IMG/VR virus record: IMGVR_UViG_3300029288_000055
Coordinates: 64,001 to 128,000 of that record
Direction: 5' to 3' (one strand)
Origin: a virus
Lineage: Duplodnaviria > Heunggongvirae > Uroviricota > Caudoviricetes
DNA: 64,000 bases
Of this stretch, positions 21,034 through 30,620 are shown piece by piece. The number at the start of each line of letters is the position of its first letter. Position 1 is the first letter of the stretch. The translations under genes were made by a program, and so were the position numbers. A model generated the notes under the pieces. That model worked only from the letters and a program-made list of their open reading frames with translations. It was not told where the DNA came from and did no database searches.

Positions 21034-24000
21034 TTAATATAAATCATGTACCACACCACCAATATCTTTATAAACTAATTTACTTGAAGTTGTTGAAAAA
21101 TATATACTATTGTTTGGATATGATGCATCTGCACCACTTGAAGGTATTATTGCTTTACTTGCTTCCAAACTACCACAAATTTTAACACTACAAGCACTGA
21201 AATCACCACAAATTAATGTACATACACCACAGTTACCAATATGTAATTTATCAGAACCAGTTTCACTCAAACCAACACATCTTCCGATAAATACATTTCT
21301 TGCACCCGTATAATTACCCATACCTGCTTTTATACCAATACCAATATTCTCACTACCACACTCATAATATAATGCTTGACATCCAAGTGCAATATTATAA
21401 TTACCAACAGCATTTCTATAAAGTGATTGAAATCCTATTGCAATATTTTGACTTGTAGTGGTCATACACATCGCTTGATCACCAATTGCAATATTAAAGC
21501 CACCAGATATATTTGAATAAAGTGCCTGACAACCAATAGCAATGTTATTTGTACCAGTATTAATTGATGACGATGCCAGACAACCAATACCAATATTAAA
21601 AGAACCAACACCATTAGAACCAGCACTTTTGCCAATATAAATCGAATCTATTGCACCTGTCGATGTTCTAAGTATTGTATTGCCTGAAATCTGATAACCA
21701 CAAGTAGTACTTAATTTAGCAGCACCACAAATATTAAGAGTAAACGCACCAATAATTGAAGTGGTTTGAGTCAAAACACCACCAAGACAAACAGTTGTAC
21801 CATTTGTTGTTAAACCATTACTTGCTGCAGATATTCCACCACCACCACTTACAGTACCACTACTCAATTTACCAGCAGTATCAATATAAACAACACAAGT
21901 TTCTGTTGTTTTTGTTCCTATTCCTGTTAAACAAACAATACCTGTTGTGCATAAAATACCAGTAAATATTGGATTAGCTTTAGGAGCAAATTTTGTGTTA
22001 ACATAACCACAATCAACTAATGAACGTGCAATATAATTTGCACAATAATCATCAATATATTGAATTCCTGCAAATGTTGTACAACCATTAACTGTTAATG
22101 AATTAGGCATTATACACATTTCAACACTACATGTACCATTAGCAGCAGCAAGACAAACGGATGGTGTCACACTACTCCAAGTAGTCATTGCAAATTTACT
22201 TGCTATTGGGTCTGCAGAAAATGCTTGCATTTGAGTTCCACCAGCAGTAAATGTATTTAAACAGGTAGTTCCTGCCATATTATATATTACAATATTAGCA
22301 GCAGTTGTACATATAAAATTAGAACTATTACCCAATACTCCAAATGAAGGAGTTAAATCAACATAATTACAAGTAGACGGATTTTTTGATGTTAATACTA
22401 TTTCCCCCACATTTGCAATACAACCACAAAAAGCAGTTGCTGGGTTATATGTGCATGTAGTAAATATACCAGAACATATATTTGTTTTATTAGTACAAGT
22501 ACCATTAATTGAACATAAATTCAAACCATTAGTAGCACCAGTTGCTGTTAATGTTATAAGTGATGTTATTGAACCACCAAGACAAACATTCATACTATTA
22601 TATAAACACACACCATTAGTTGCACCAGTAACTGCCGTACTAAGACTGCCTGTACCACCACTTGAAATGCCTGTACTTAATCTGCCAATTGAATCAACAT
22701 AAACCACACAACTTTCTGATGTTTTTGCAGGTAATCCACATAATTGAATTCTACCGTTTGCACCACCACTAATACCTAAACCAGCTTTTAATGTAACATT
22801 GCCACCAATTTTTGGAGTAGCACCAATACCATCAGCAGCATTACCAGCACAAATATTAAGTGTACCACCACTACCAGCATATCCTGTTTGAGATGCACCC
22901 TGACCACCAGTTATATTTATTGAGCCACCATTAGTATAACCAGCAAGACCAAAGCCACTATAACCACAAACATTAGCATTATATGGTAATTGAAGCGTTT
23001 TTGATGTACTTACAAATCCAAAACCATTAACACCACTATTACTTACATTAACTATTGGAGCGAACAAATGAATTGGGCAACTACCCTTTGAACTAATTAA
23101 CAGATCAATATTTGTAGCTGCACCAGCCACTCCAATTCTTTGACTTGTTATTGCTGCAGATGCGGTTGGTTTACCAATCAAAACACATCCATATCCAGAA
23201 ACAGTACATGTTGTTGCAAGATAAATTGATTTAGTGTCAGGTGTTTCAATAGTTAAATCATCTGTATTACTTAAAAGATTAGTTGTAAATGTAAGTGTTG
23301 AATTCTGAATATTATTGCCAAAACTATTAAATAATGGAATACGATTAACTGTTCCACCCACAATTGTTGTCATACCTGTACCAACAATACCTTTTGCTAA
23401 ACAACCAGTTGCATTAATATAAATTGCACATGTTTCAGTTGTTTTTACAGGTAAATTTGTAATTTGAATTTTACCAGAATTACTGGTTGATAATAATATA
23501 TTACCACCAACAGTGCCAGTACCACCAGTTAATATAACATTACCACCTGCAGCACCAATACCATCACCACCACTAAGGCGCAATGTTTTTCCTGCACAAC
23601 CAGCCGATACTGCCGTACCTGCATGAAGTAATAAATCCTGATATGTTGCAGCGCATAGTGTAAGACCATCAGTTGTACAACCAATACAAACACATGCATT
23701 TAAATCTCCAATATTTACTCCGCTTGATGCAATTAATTCAATTTTTCTTGTAAAAGATGGTTTAATTGTTATTTTACATCCATTCGCAACATTATCACCA
23801 AGAAGTAGATTATATCTAAGTATTCGAACATTATCTGTATTAGTTATACCACTATCAAAAATAGAACTATTAATAATATTATCTCCAATAGAATTAAACC
23901 TTGGAATATAATTTGTTGCACCACTTATTATACTACCAGCACCAATACTACTTATTGTAAGAGTAGTTTCACCAGTAATTATTGATAAGCTACTACCAGT

Positions 24001-24129
24001 TACTAAAATTGTTTTAAATTGCAAAGTATTACCAGTAATATCTTTACATTTAAAAACACCTGAACCATTACCAAGATTAATCCCGCTTGTAGAATTGGCA
24101 ATTAAATCTATATCTGATCTATTTAACAT
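21034..24129 (-). CDS. Cys-rich fibre protein
   Basis: Gly-rich segments, GATNG modules and C-terminal NIAIG repeats. Confidence 0.75.
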   Translation of the reverse strand: MLNRSDIDLIANSTSGINLGNGSGVFKCKDITGNTLQFKTILVTGSSLSIITGETTLTISSIGAGSIISGATNYIPRFNSIGDNIINSSIFDSGITNTDNVRILRYNLLLGDNVANGCKITIKPSFTRKIELIASSGVNIGDLNACVCIGCTTDGLTLCAATYQDLLLHAGTAVSAGCAGKTLRLSGGDGIGAAGGNVILTGGTGTVGGNILLSTSNSGKIQITNLPVKTTETCAIYINATGCLAKGIVGTGMTTIVGGTVNRIPLFNSFGNNIQNSTLTFTTNLLSNTDDLTIETPDTKSIYLATTCTVSGYGCVLIGKPTASAAITSQRIGVAGAATNIDLLISSKGSCPIHLFAPIVNVSNSGVNGFGFVSTSKTLQLPYNANVCGYSGFGLAGYTNGGSINITGGQGASQTGYAGSGGTLNICAGNAADGIGATPKIGGNVTLKAGLGISGGANGRIQLCGLPAKTSESCVVYVDSIGRLSTGISSGGTGSLSTAVTGATNGVCLYNSMNVCLGGSITSLITLTATGATNGLNLCSINGTCTNKTNICSGIFTTCTYNPATAFCGCIANVGEIVLTSKNPSTCNYVDLTPSFGVLGNSSNFICTTAANIVIYNMAGTTCLNTFTAGGTQMQAFSADPIASKFAMTTWSSVTPSVCLAAANGTCSVEMCIMPNSLTVNGCTTFAGIQYIDDYCANYIARSLVDCGYVNTKFAPKANPIFTGILCTTGIVCLTGIGTKTTETCVVYIDTAGKLSSGTVSGGGGISAASNGLTTNGTTVCLGGVLTQTTSIIGAFTLNICGAAKLSTTCGYQISGNTILRTSTGAIDSIYIGKSAGSNGVGSFNIGIGCLASSSINTGTNNIAIGCQALYSNISGGFNIAIGDQAMCMTTTSQNIAIGFQSLYRNAVGNYNIALGCQALYYECGSENIGIGIKAGMGNYTGARNVFIGRCVGLSETGSDKLHIGNCGVCTLICGDFSACSVKICGSLEASKAIIPSSGADASYPNNSIYFSTTSSKLVYKDIGGVVHDLY

Positions 24130-24153
24130 TTTTCCGTTTTTTTATTAATTTAT

Positions 24154-25302
24154 TTAATTTACAATACAATCTTCATTACAACTACCAGCAAATACAGTTA
24201 ATCCAACGCTACTACTAAATGGATATATACTAAAATCACTACATGAACCAGAATTACCATCTGAAAAGTTTGTATAGCAAAGACAGTCACCATGACAAAT
24301 ATAAACCTGCCCACCACCGTTACGACAGAATTGTACACTATCAGTACACATACAAAAAGATGGGTCTATTGAAGCAGTTACATCAGTAAAATATGGATTT
24401 CCATATGGTTTGCAATATATTGTAACTTTACTACAACCAAAATCAGCTACTGTTTGCTGATAAAATGCTGATATGCATATCCATTGACCAAGACCTAACG
24501 ATGGACTGATATCAATATAACCATTTGTTTGATTGCCATAATTATTTACCTGATTTAAATTAATGATAACACTTGAAGGTAATGGTAATACTGCAGTCGT
24601 GCAAGATTTAACAATACCATAACCAGTTTCTTCACAGTTTTTTGCATATGCTCTAAAATATGTTAATGTACTATCCTGAAGACCAGTTATTGTTTTTGTA
24701 TATGGTGTGCCAACTGCAATTGTACCAACAGTACAAACCTTACAACTTGATATTGTAGGATTTGAAGTAGATTGTGAGTATACAACACCATATTCACAAA
24801 TTGGGGCATTGCCATTATTAGTTACCACATTATTATCAACATTAAATGATGTTCCACCTAAACAAGAAACAGTACCAGTTGTAAGTGTTGCTCCAGTTAT
24901 TGTCGAATATTGTACTGCAATCCAACCTCTATTATTATATGAATTACTAAAACCACCAGTATCAAAAAAATATCCATTTTCTCTACCAATTTCTACTGTG
25001 GCATTATTTGTTGGTGTGTTACATACTTTAACACAACCAGCCATTTCCCAATTACTATTTGGAAATGTGAGTGGAAATATTTCTCCAGTATCTGATCTTA
25101 TTGATGCAGTAACGCCTTTTACTTTACATAAAAGAACATCTGTTGAAATTACTTTTGTTCTTATATTTGTATGCATATTCCAACCACCAATATCAATCAT
25201 TTTAGTTCTTATTTGCTCAATATTTGTAGTTGTTGTAGCAGTTGTTCCAGTAATACTACCACCAGCAAGATTGCCAACAATTTTAATATATGATCTATTC
25301 AT
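24154..25302 (-). CDS. Cys-rich virion protein with FN3-like domain
   Basis: EYGVVYS..NPT...ITGLQDSTLTYFRAYAKN..GYG resembles fibronectin type III modules. Confidence 0.6.
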   Translation of the reverse strand: MNRSYIKIVGNLAGGSITGTTATTTTNIEQIRTKMIDIGGWNMHTNIRTKVISTDVLLCKVKGVTASIRSDTGEIFPLTFPNSNWEMAGCVKVCNTPTNNATVEIGRENGYFFDTGGFSNSYNNRGWIAVQYSTITGATLTTGTVSCLGGTSFNVDNNVVTNNGNAPICEYGVVYSQSTSNPTISSCKVCTVGTIAVGTPYTKTITGLQDSTLTYFRAYAKNCEETGYGIVKSCTTAVLPLPSSVIINLNQVNNYGNQTNGYIDISPSLGLGQWICISAFYQQTVADFGCSKVTIYCKPYGNPYFTDVTASIDPSFCMCTDSVQFCRNGGGQVYICHGDCLCYTNFSDGNSGSCSDFSIYPFSSSVGLTVFAGSCNEDCIVN

Positions 25303-25411
25303 TTCATTGCTTTTAATATAAATACTAAATTTAATACAAATACCAAAATCTATTCAATATTCTTACTTATAAATACTTTTAAAACAAGCCATGACGATCA
25401 TTATCTAAAAT

Positions 25412-25441
25412 AAAAAACCCACCGAAATTCGATGGGTTTAA
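25412..25441 (-). terminator. Intrinsic terminator
   Basis: Minus strand AAACCCATCGAA-T-TTCGGTGGGTTTTTT just downstream of the GT gene. Confidence 0.65.
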
Positions 25442-25462
25442 AAACAAATAAAAATATGGCTA

Positions 25463-26371
25463 CTATTTTTGTTTATTCACGGCTTCAATAATTTTATTAA
25501 TATCAAATACATTTACTGTATCATAAGGAAATGCTTGGATTTGCCCAGAAATATCCTCCTGTAAATATGTAAATTTATTCAAATTATTTATAATATTAGC
25601 ACTTGGTAATACGTTTATATGTTCAGTATAACCAAATACTTCAGGTTTATTTCCAATCCAAACAACAGTTGATTGTAAATCAAGTGCAGCAGCAACGTGC
25701 TGTGCAAAACTGTCAATAAAAAGTCTTTTCGTACTAAGAGGAAAAACAGCATAAAGTTCTCTATATGGTAAAGTCAATGGTTCTACTCCCTGTAATATTG
25801 GTTGCTCTGGCGATTTAATATGTAAAATACGATAAGATTTACTAAAATAATTTACAAGTTTTTGAGCAATTTCAATAGGCATATCTCTATACCATGATTT
25901 TTTACTATATTGCCCTGTAGGAGCACCACCATGAGTTTGAAGTAACATAATTGGTCTATTATCTGGTTTAATCTTATCCTTCGCTATTTCAAGTTCTCTG
26001 GGGTTTAAATACAATTCGGGTTTATGCCCATCATATTTAACATTAAACATTTTACACCAAGTTTCAGTTAAATGCTCTTTTCTAAGAATATGATTAGTTT
26101 CATTATATGGGTCTTGTTTCATTATAATAGTATCTTCGTTCAAAAAATCATCCTTAAAATATTGCATTTGATTAAAGGCATAAAAACGAAAAATATTGGG
26201 ATTATAAAATGCGGGTCCGTCCCACGGAGTAATCCATATCAACTTTCTATCAGGATATTGTTTTTTTATTGCACGAATTACTGCAGTTGCTGCACACTGC
26301 TTACCATGTCCGCCTTGACTTTCGAAAATTATATACTTATCGTTGTCCCTAATTTTACTGTCTGTTATCAT
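25463..26371 (-). CDS. GT-B glycosyltransferase, GT9/heptosyltransferase-like
   Basis: QGGHGKQCAATAVIRAIKKQYPD, YRDMP and FIDSFAQHVAAAL resemble GT9 motifs. Confidence 0.7.
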   Translation of the reverse strand: MITDSKIRDNDKYIIFESQGGHGKQCAATAVIRAIKKQYPDRKLIWITPWDGPAFYNPNIFRFYAFNQMQYFKDDFLNEDTIIMKQDPYNETNHILRKEHLTETWCKMFNVKYDGHKPELYLNPRELEIAKDKIKPDNRPIMLLQTHGGAPTGQYSKKSWYRDMPIEIAQKLVNYFSKSYRILHIKSPEQPILQGVEPLTLPYRELYAVFPLSTKRLFIDSFAQHVAAALDLQSTVVWIGNKPEVFGYTEHINVLPSANIINNLNKFTYLQEDISGQIQAFPYDTVNVFDINKIIEAVNKQK

Positions 26372-26391
26372 AATTTAAAAATTTTATTTAA

Positions 26392-27111
26392 TTAATTATT
26401 ATTTTTATATTCCCAACAAAAACCACCAGCATGCTTTCGTTCTTTTTTTAAGCAATGATTTATATTTGGTTGGAAAATATTTGTTAATGTTGATGCTTCT
26501 TTTTGACTTTTATATTCTCTAATAAAATTACCGTTTGACAAACATTGTATTACTGGTATATTATCTTTCTTAGTCTCTTTAAATATAAATAAATTTGCTT
26601 TTTCTTCAGAAGAAAATAAATATGTGCCTCTATATGATTTTTTTCCTCTTTGGTCAATGGCTTTCGATATTATATCTGCGCCTATTTTATATTTATTTGC
26701 AACTTCATTAACTGAATCATATCTTTCTAAAAATTCACCGTCTTCAGAATATTGATAAACTGGTTTTAAATAAGTACGTCCGCCATCGCCACCATCAGTT
26801 AAATTTGTTAACTTAATTCCTTCATTTCTGTATTTTTGAATATAATATCTTTCCAATCTTTCATGCTCACACATATTTAATTTATTATTATATTCATGCT
26901 CACATTTATCAATTATTTTCATTTCTGGTTTTAGTCCTAATGCAAGTATTTTATTAATAACATTATCTTTATATGTGTTTTTTTCTCTTTTCCTACCATT
27001 TGTATTTAAATGCTCATGAAACCTTTTATTTATATCATTAGCAAACCCAACATAAAAAATCTGATTATTTAAAGGATTTGTTAATGTATATATGTAGACT
27101 TTTTTCGTCAC
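26392..27111 (-). CDS. GIY-YIG homing endonuclease with NUMOD1-like C-terminus
   Basis: YIYTL..P...IFYVG...RF.EH; LTNLTDGGDG; PVYQY repeats; GTG start. Confidence 0.8.
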   Translation of the reverse strand: MTKKVYIYTLTNPLNNQIFYVGFANDINKRFHEHLNTNGRKREKNTYKDNVINKILALGLKPEMKIIDKCEHEYNNKLNMCEHERLERYYIQKYRNEGIKLTNLTDGGDGGRTYLKPVYQYSEDGEFLERYDSVNEVANKYKIGADIISKAIDQRGKKSYRGTYLFSSEEKANLFIFKETKKDNIPVIQCLSNGNFIREYKSQKEASTLTNIFQPNINHCLKKERKHAGGFCWEYKNNN

Positions 27112-27226
27112 ACTTATTATAATTTTTTATATTTTTTTATAAATACTAATATAAATGAAAAAAGCACAACTTACAAGAAAAAAAATGAGAATCATTTAAT
27201 TCCCATTTTTTATTATTAATTCAAAA

Positions 27227-30200
27227 TTAATTAACGAAAGATAATATATACCATGACCCTAATGTAATATCATACATTAATTCAATAGCACCACCATCTG
27301 TATTAATTATTGCATCATTTGCAACGCTATCAATATTATTACCATTACGAGCAATCATAATATTATAAGTTAATGCAGCATTTGCAACATCTTTAATCTT
27401 AAATGCTTGTCCATCAATTGGAAGTGCTGGTAATGTAAGTGTTACTGTAGCACCAGAAGAATTAACTAAAATTGTATAAGAACTACCAGTTGTTAATAAA
27501 GTATTACCAGTAACAATTGTTTTACTATAAATATTATTCTTATCACCAAGAGAACCGCCAACAACAGTTTTAATTAATTTATCACCACTATTCCAAACAA
27601 GAACTGAATCACTTGTACTTCCAGCAACAGGAGCTACAAGAAGTGATGTTGCACCACTTGTTTTAAACGCACCATGAATTATTGCACAACAAGCACTAAA
27701 ATCACCATAAATAAGTGGTTGTGTAGTACCATCATTTGCAATATATAATTTATTTGAACCTGTTTCATAATAACCTGCACAATAACCAATTACAATATTA
27801 GAACAACCACTTATGTTATTATAAAGTGCTGAATTACCAATTACAATATTATTGTTACCAATTGTATTTAAATAATGTGCAGTATTACCAAAATCAATAT
27901 TAGAACAACCACTTATGTTATTATAAAGTGCTTGTTGACCGATAGCAGTATTATTACTACCATCTATATTTTGGTAAAGTGTTTGATAACCCATAGCATT
28001 ATTAGAACAACCACTTATGTTATTATAAAGTGCTTGATAGCCCATAACATTATTATAACAACCACCTATATTATTTACAAGTGCAGAAAAGCCGTTTGCA
28101 ACATTAGATTTACCATAGGTATTTTTTAATAGAGCATAAGTACCAATAGCAACATTACCACTACCTGTTGTTATAAATTCACCAGCTTCAACACCATAGA
28201 ATGTATTATTATATATCGTACCACCACTTACAACAGTACCACAACCAGCAACAGTTGAACCATTTGTTAAATTTGACCAACCTATACCACTTGTTATACC
28301 AGTTATTTGTGAAAGAACATAATTTTTATCAACTAATGAATGAGAAGTAAAACCACTGCTATAATTTCCACCATATTCAATACCTTTAGTTATAACACGT
28401 ATATCATTAATTATTGTTGAACCTGTTAATGTGCCACCAAGACCAACTTGTTTAGCTGAATTTATATTTAAACCATTTGTTGCACCAGTAATTACATCAC
28501 CAACAGTAGAACCACTTATTAATATATATCCAGCATATGGTAATACCCATCCAGCATCATTTGCTGTTGTAATAAGAACTGATCTTACAACATGTGTAGG
28601 TATTGTTGGTTTAACTGTTGTTAATAAACCAGCAGTAGCATCACTAAGAAAATATGTTGTATTTGCACTAAGTGTTGTAAATCCACTAAAATAACCTGCT
28701 TGTGTTACTTCAAAAGTATCACCAGTAGTTTTAGTTACAATACCAATAACTTCACCATTATATAAACCATCTGCAATCGCTTTATTATATGTTCCACCAC
28801 TCCAACCAATCACATCATTAAGAACAAATCCATGTCCTATTTGTGAAATACTTTTTACAATTCTTTCTCCATTATTAGTACTATTACCAGTAAGACCACT
28901 TGAAACCACATAACCTGCATATGGCAATATCCAACCACTTGTTGTTGTATCTGCAATAAGAACCGTCTTATTAATATGCCCTTGAATTATTGGTTCAGTT
29001 GAAGTTAATAAACCAGCAGTAACATCACTAAGAAAATAAGTTGTATTACCAACTAATCCTGTAAATCCAGTACCATAACCAGCTTGTGTCAATTCAAATG
29101 TATTACCACTAATTTTTGTTACAATACCAATTATTTCACCATCATATGTACCGTCAGCAATTGGTTTATTATATGTTCCACCACTCCAACCAACAACAGT
29201 ACCTACAGTAAATGTATGACCAATCTGTGTAATTATTTTACTAACTTTTTCATTTATTTTATCAGCATATGCTTTATCAATAAGTGATCGTTCACTAAAA
29301 CCTGAATGATAATCAGCAAAATATTCAATACCAGCAGTATTACCAGCACCACTAACTATTGTTGTTGGAGTAGTTAAAGTACCACCTAAACCAATATTCA
29401 TACCAATAACTGTCAAACCATTTGTTGCACCTGTAATTATACCACTACCAGTTCCACCGCTTGCAAGACCAAAAGATATTTTACCTAATGTTGAATCATA
29501 GTACAATACATTAATTTCACTTGTTTTTGCTGGTAAACCAAGCATTTTAATATTACCATTTGCACCACCACAAATACCTAAACCAGTTTTTAATATAATA
29601 TCACCACCAGCTTTTGATGTAGCATCAGTAATGTTTTGAGCACAACCACCACAAATATTAATTGTACCACCACTACCACAAAAACCAACATATGAAAGAC
29701 CATTACCACCAATAATACTTAAAGGTGGAGAATCAGGAATTAAAGCACTACCGCCATATGCAGAAATTTTACCATATTGTGGCATTCTTAATGTACGTAA
29801 TGAACAAAAATAACCTAAACCATTAGAACCATTACTACCAAAATAAGCTGCTGGTGTTGCCAGCATAATATAACCATTACTACCAGTACCTTTTGAACAA
29901 ATCGTTAAATTAATATCAGTTGCCAAACCAGCTACATTAATAAAATTATTTGTTGTACCACTACCTAATGTTGGCTTACCTAATGTTAATATATTATATT
30001 GACTTGCATTACTTGGAGCAACAATGTAAATACTATTAGTATTAGGTACTTCAATAGAAAGATTACTTGAATTATATAATGTAGTACCAGTAAATGTAAG
30101 CGTAGTATCTTGAATACTATTGCCTGAAACACCAAATACTGGAATATGATTTGTAGTACCAGATATTTTAGTATCTGCATATCTTTTTGTTATAAGAGAT

Positions 30201-30592
30201 TCATCAATAAATGTACTACTATAATCAGCACCATACACAATACCAATTGGTGTAACACGTGCATCAGTAATTGTAGTACCAGTTGTCAAAGTACCACCCA
30301 ATGTTATATTTTTATCAATAGCAGTTAAACCATTTGTAGCTCCAGTAATAGTACCAGTTCCACCAGTACTGCTCGCAGTTTTTAAAACTAAATTACTATC
30401 AGTAACACCGTTTTTATACCAGTATTCAACACCCAATATATTTACAGTTAAACCAGTATATCTTTGTGATTCTGAAATTGCTGTATTTGTAGCACCAGTT
30501 GAAGCATATGGTTGATTCAAAGAATTCAAATATTTTGAATCGATTGGAGCACCGATACCTATTTTAAAATTATTATTAAATGTTATTGCCAT
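27227..30592 (-). CDS. Fibre protein
   Basis: PIDSKY N-terminal module, GATNGL modules, duplicated HxF..GWSGGTYNK domain, YadA-like repeats. Confidence 0.75.
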   Translation of the reverse strand: MAITFNNNFKIGIGAPIDSKYLNSLNQPYASTGATNTAISESQRYTGLTVNILGVEYWYKNGVTDSNLVLKTASSTGGTGTITGATNGLTAIDKNITLGGTLTTGTTITDARVTPIGIVYGADYSSTFIDESLITKRYADTKISGTTNHIPVFGVSGNSIQDTTLTFTGTTLYNSSNLSIEVPNTNSIYIVAPSNASQYNILTLGKPTLGSGTTNNFINVAGLATDINLTICSKGTGSNGYIMLATPAAYFGSNGSNGLGYFCSLRTLRMPQYGKISAYGGSALIPDSPPLSIIGGNGLSYVGFCGSGGTINICGGCAQNITDATSKAGGDIILKTGLGICGGANGNIKMLGLPAKTSEINVLYYDSTLGKISFGLASGGTGSGIITGATNGLTVIGMNIGLGGTLTTPTTIVSGAGNTAGIEYFADYHSGFSERSLIDKAYADKINEKVSKIITQIGHTFTVGTVVGWSGGTYNKPIADGTYDGEIIGIVTKISGNTFELTQAGYGTGFTGLVGNTTYFLSDVTAGLLTSTEPIIQGHINKTVLIADTTTSGWILPYAGYVVSSGLTGNSTNNGERIVKSISQIGHGFVLNDVIGWSGGTYNKAIADGLYNGEVIGIVTKTTGDTFEVTQAGYFSGFTTLSANTTYFLSDATAGLLTTVKPTIPTHVVRSVLITTANDAGWVLPYAGYILISGSTVGDVITGATNGLNINSAKQVGLGGTLTGSTIINDIRVITKGIEYGGNYSSGFTSHSLVDKNYVLSQITGITSGIGWSNLTNGSTVAGCGTVVSGGTIYNNTFYGVEAGEFITTGSGNVAIGTYALLKNTYGKSNVANGFSALVNNIGGCYNNVMGYQALYNNISGCSNNAMGYQTLYQNIDGSNNTAIGQQALYNNISGCSNIDFGNTAHYLNTIGNNNIVIGNSALYNNISGCSNIVIGYCAGYYETGSNKLYIANDGTTQPLIYGDFSACCAIIHGAFKTSGATSLLVAPVAGSTSDSVLVWNSGDKLIKTVVGGSLGDKNNIYSKTIVTGNTLLTTGSSYTILVNSSGATVTLTLPALPIDGQAFKIKDVANAALTYNIMIARNGNNIDSVANDAIINTDGGAIELMYDITLGSWYILSFVN

Positions 30593-30620
30593 TTTTCAAT
30601 TTTATTAATTTTTTATTTTA

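Noticed and set aside
13936-30592. Diversity-generating retroelement or shufflon acting on fibres
   Set aside because: No reverse transcriptase or invertase; repeats are direct and in frame, with no adenine-specific TR/VR pair seen
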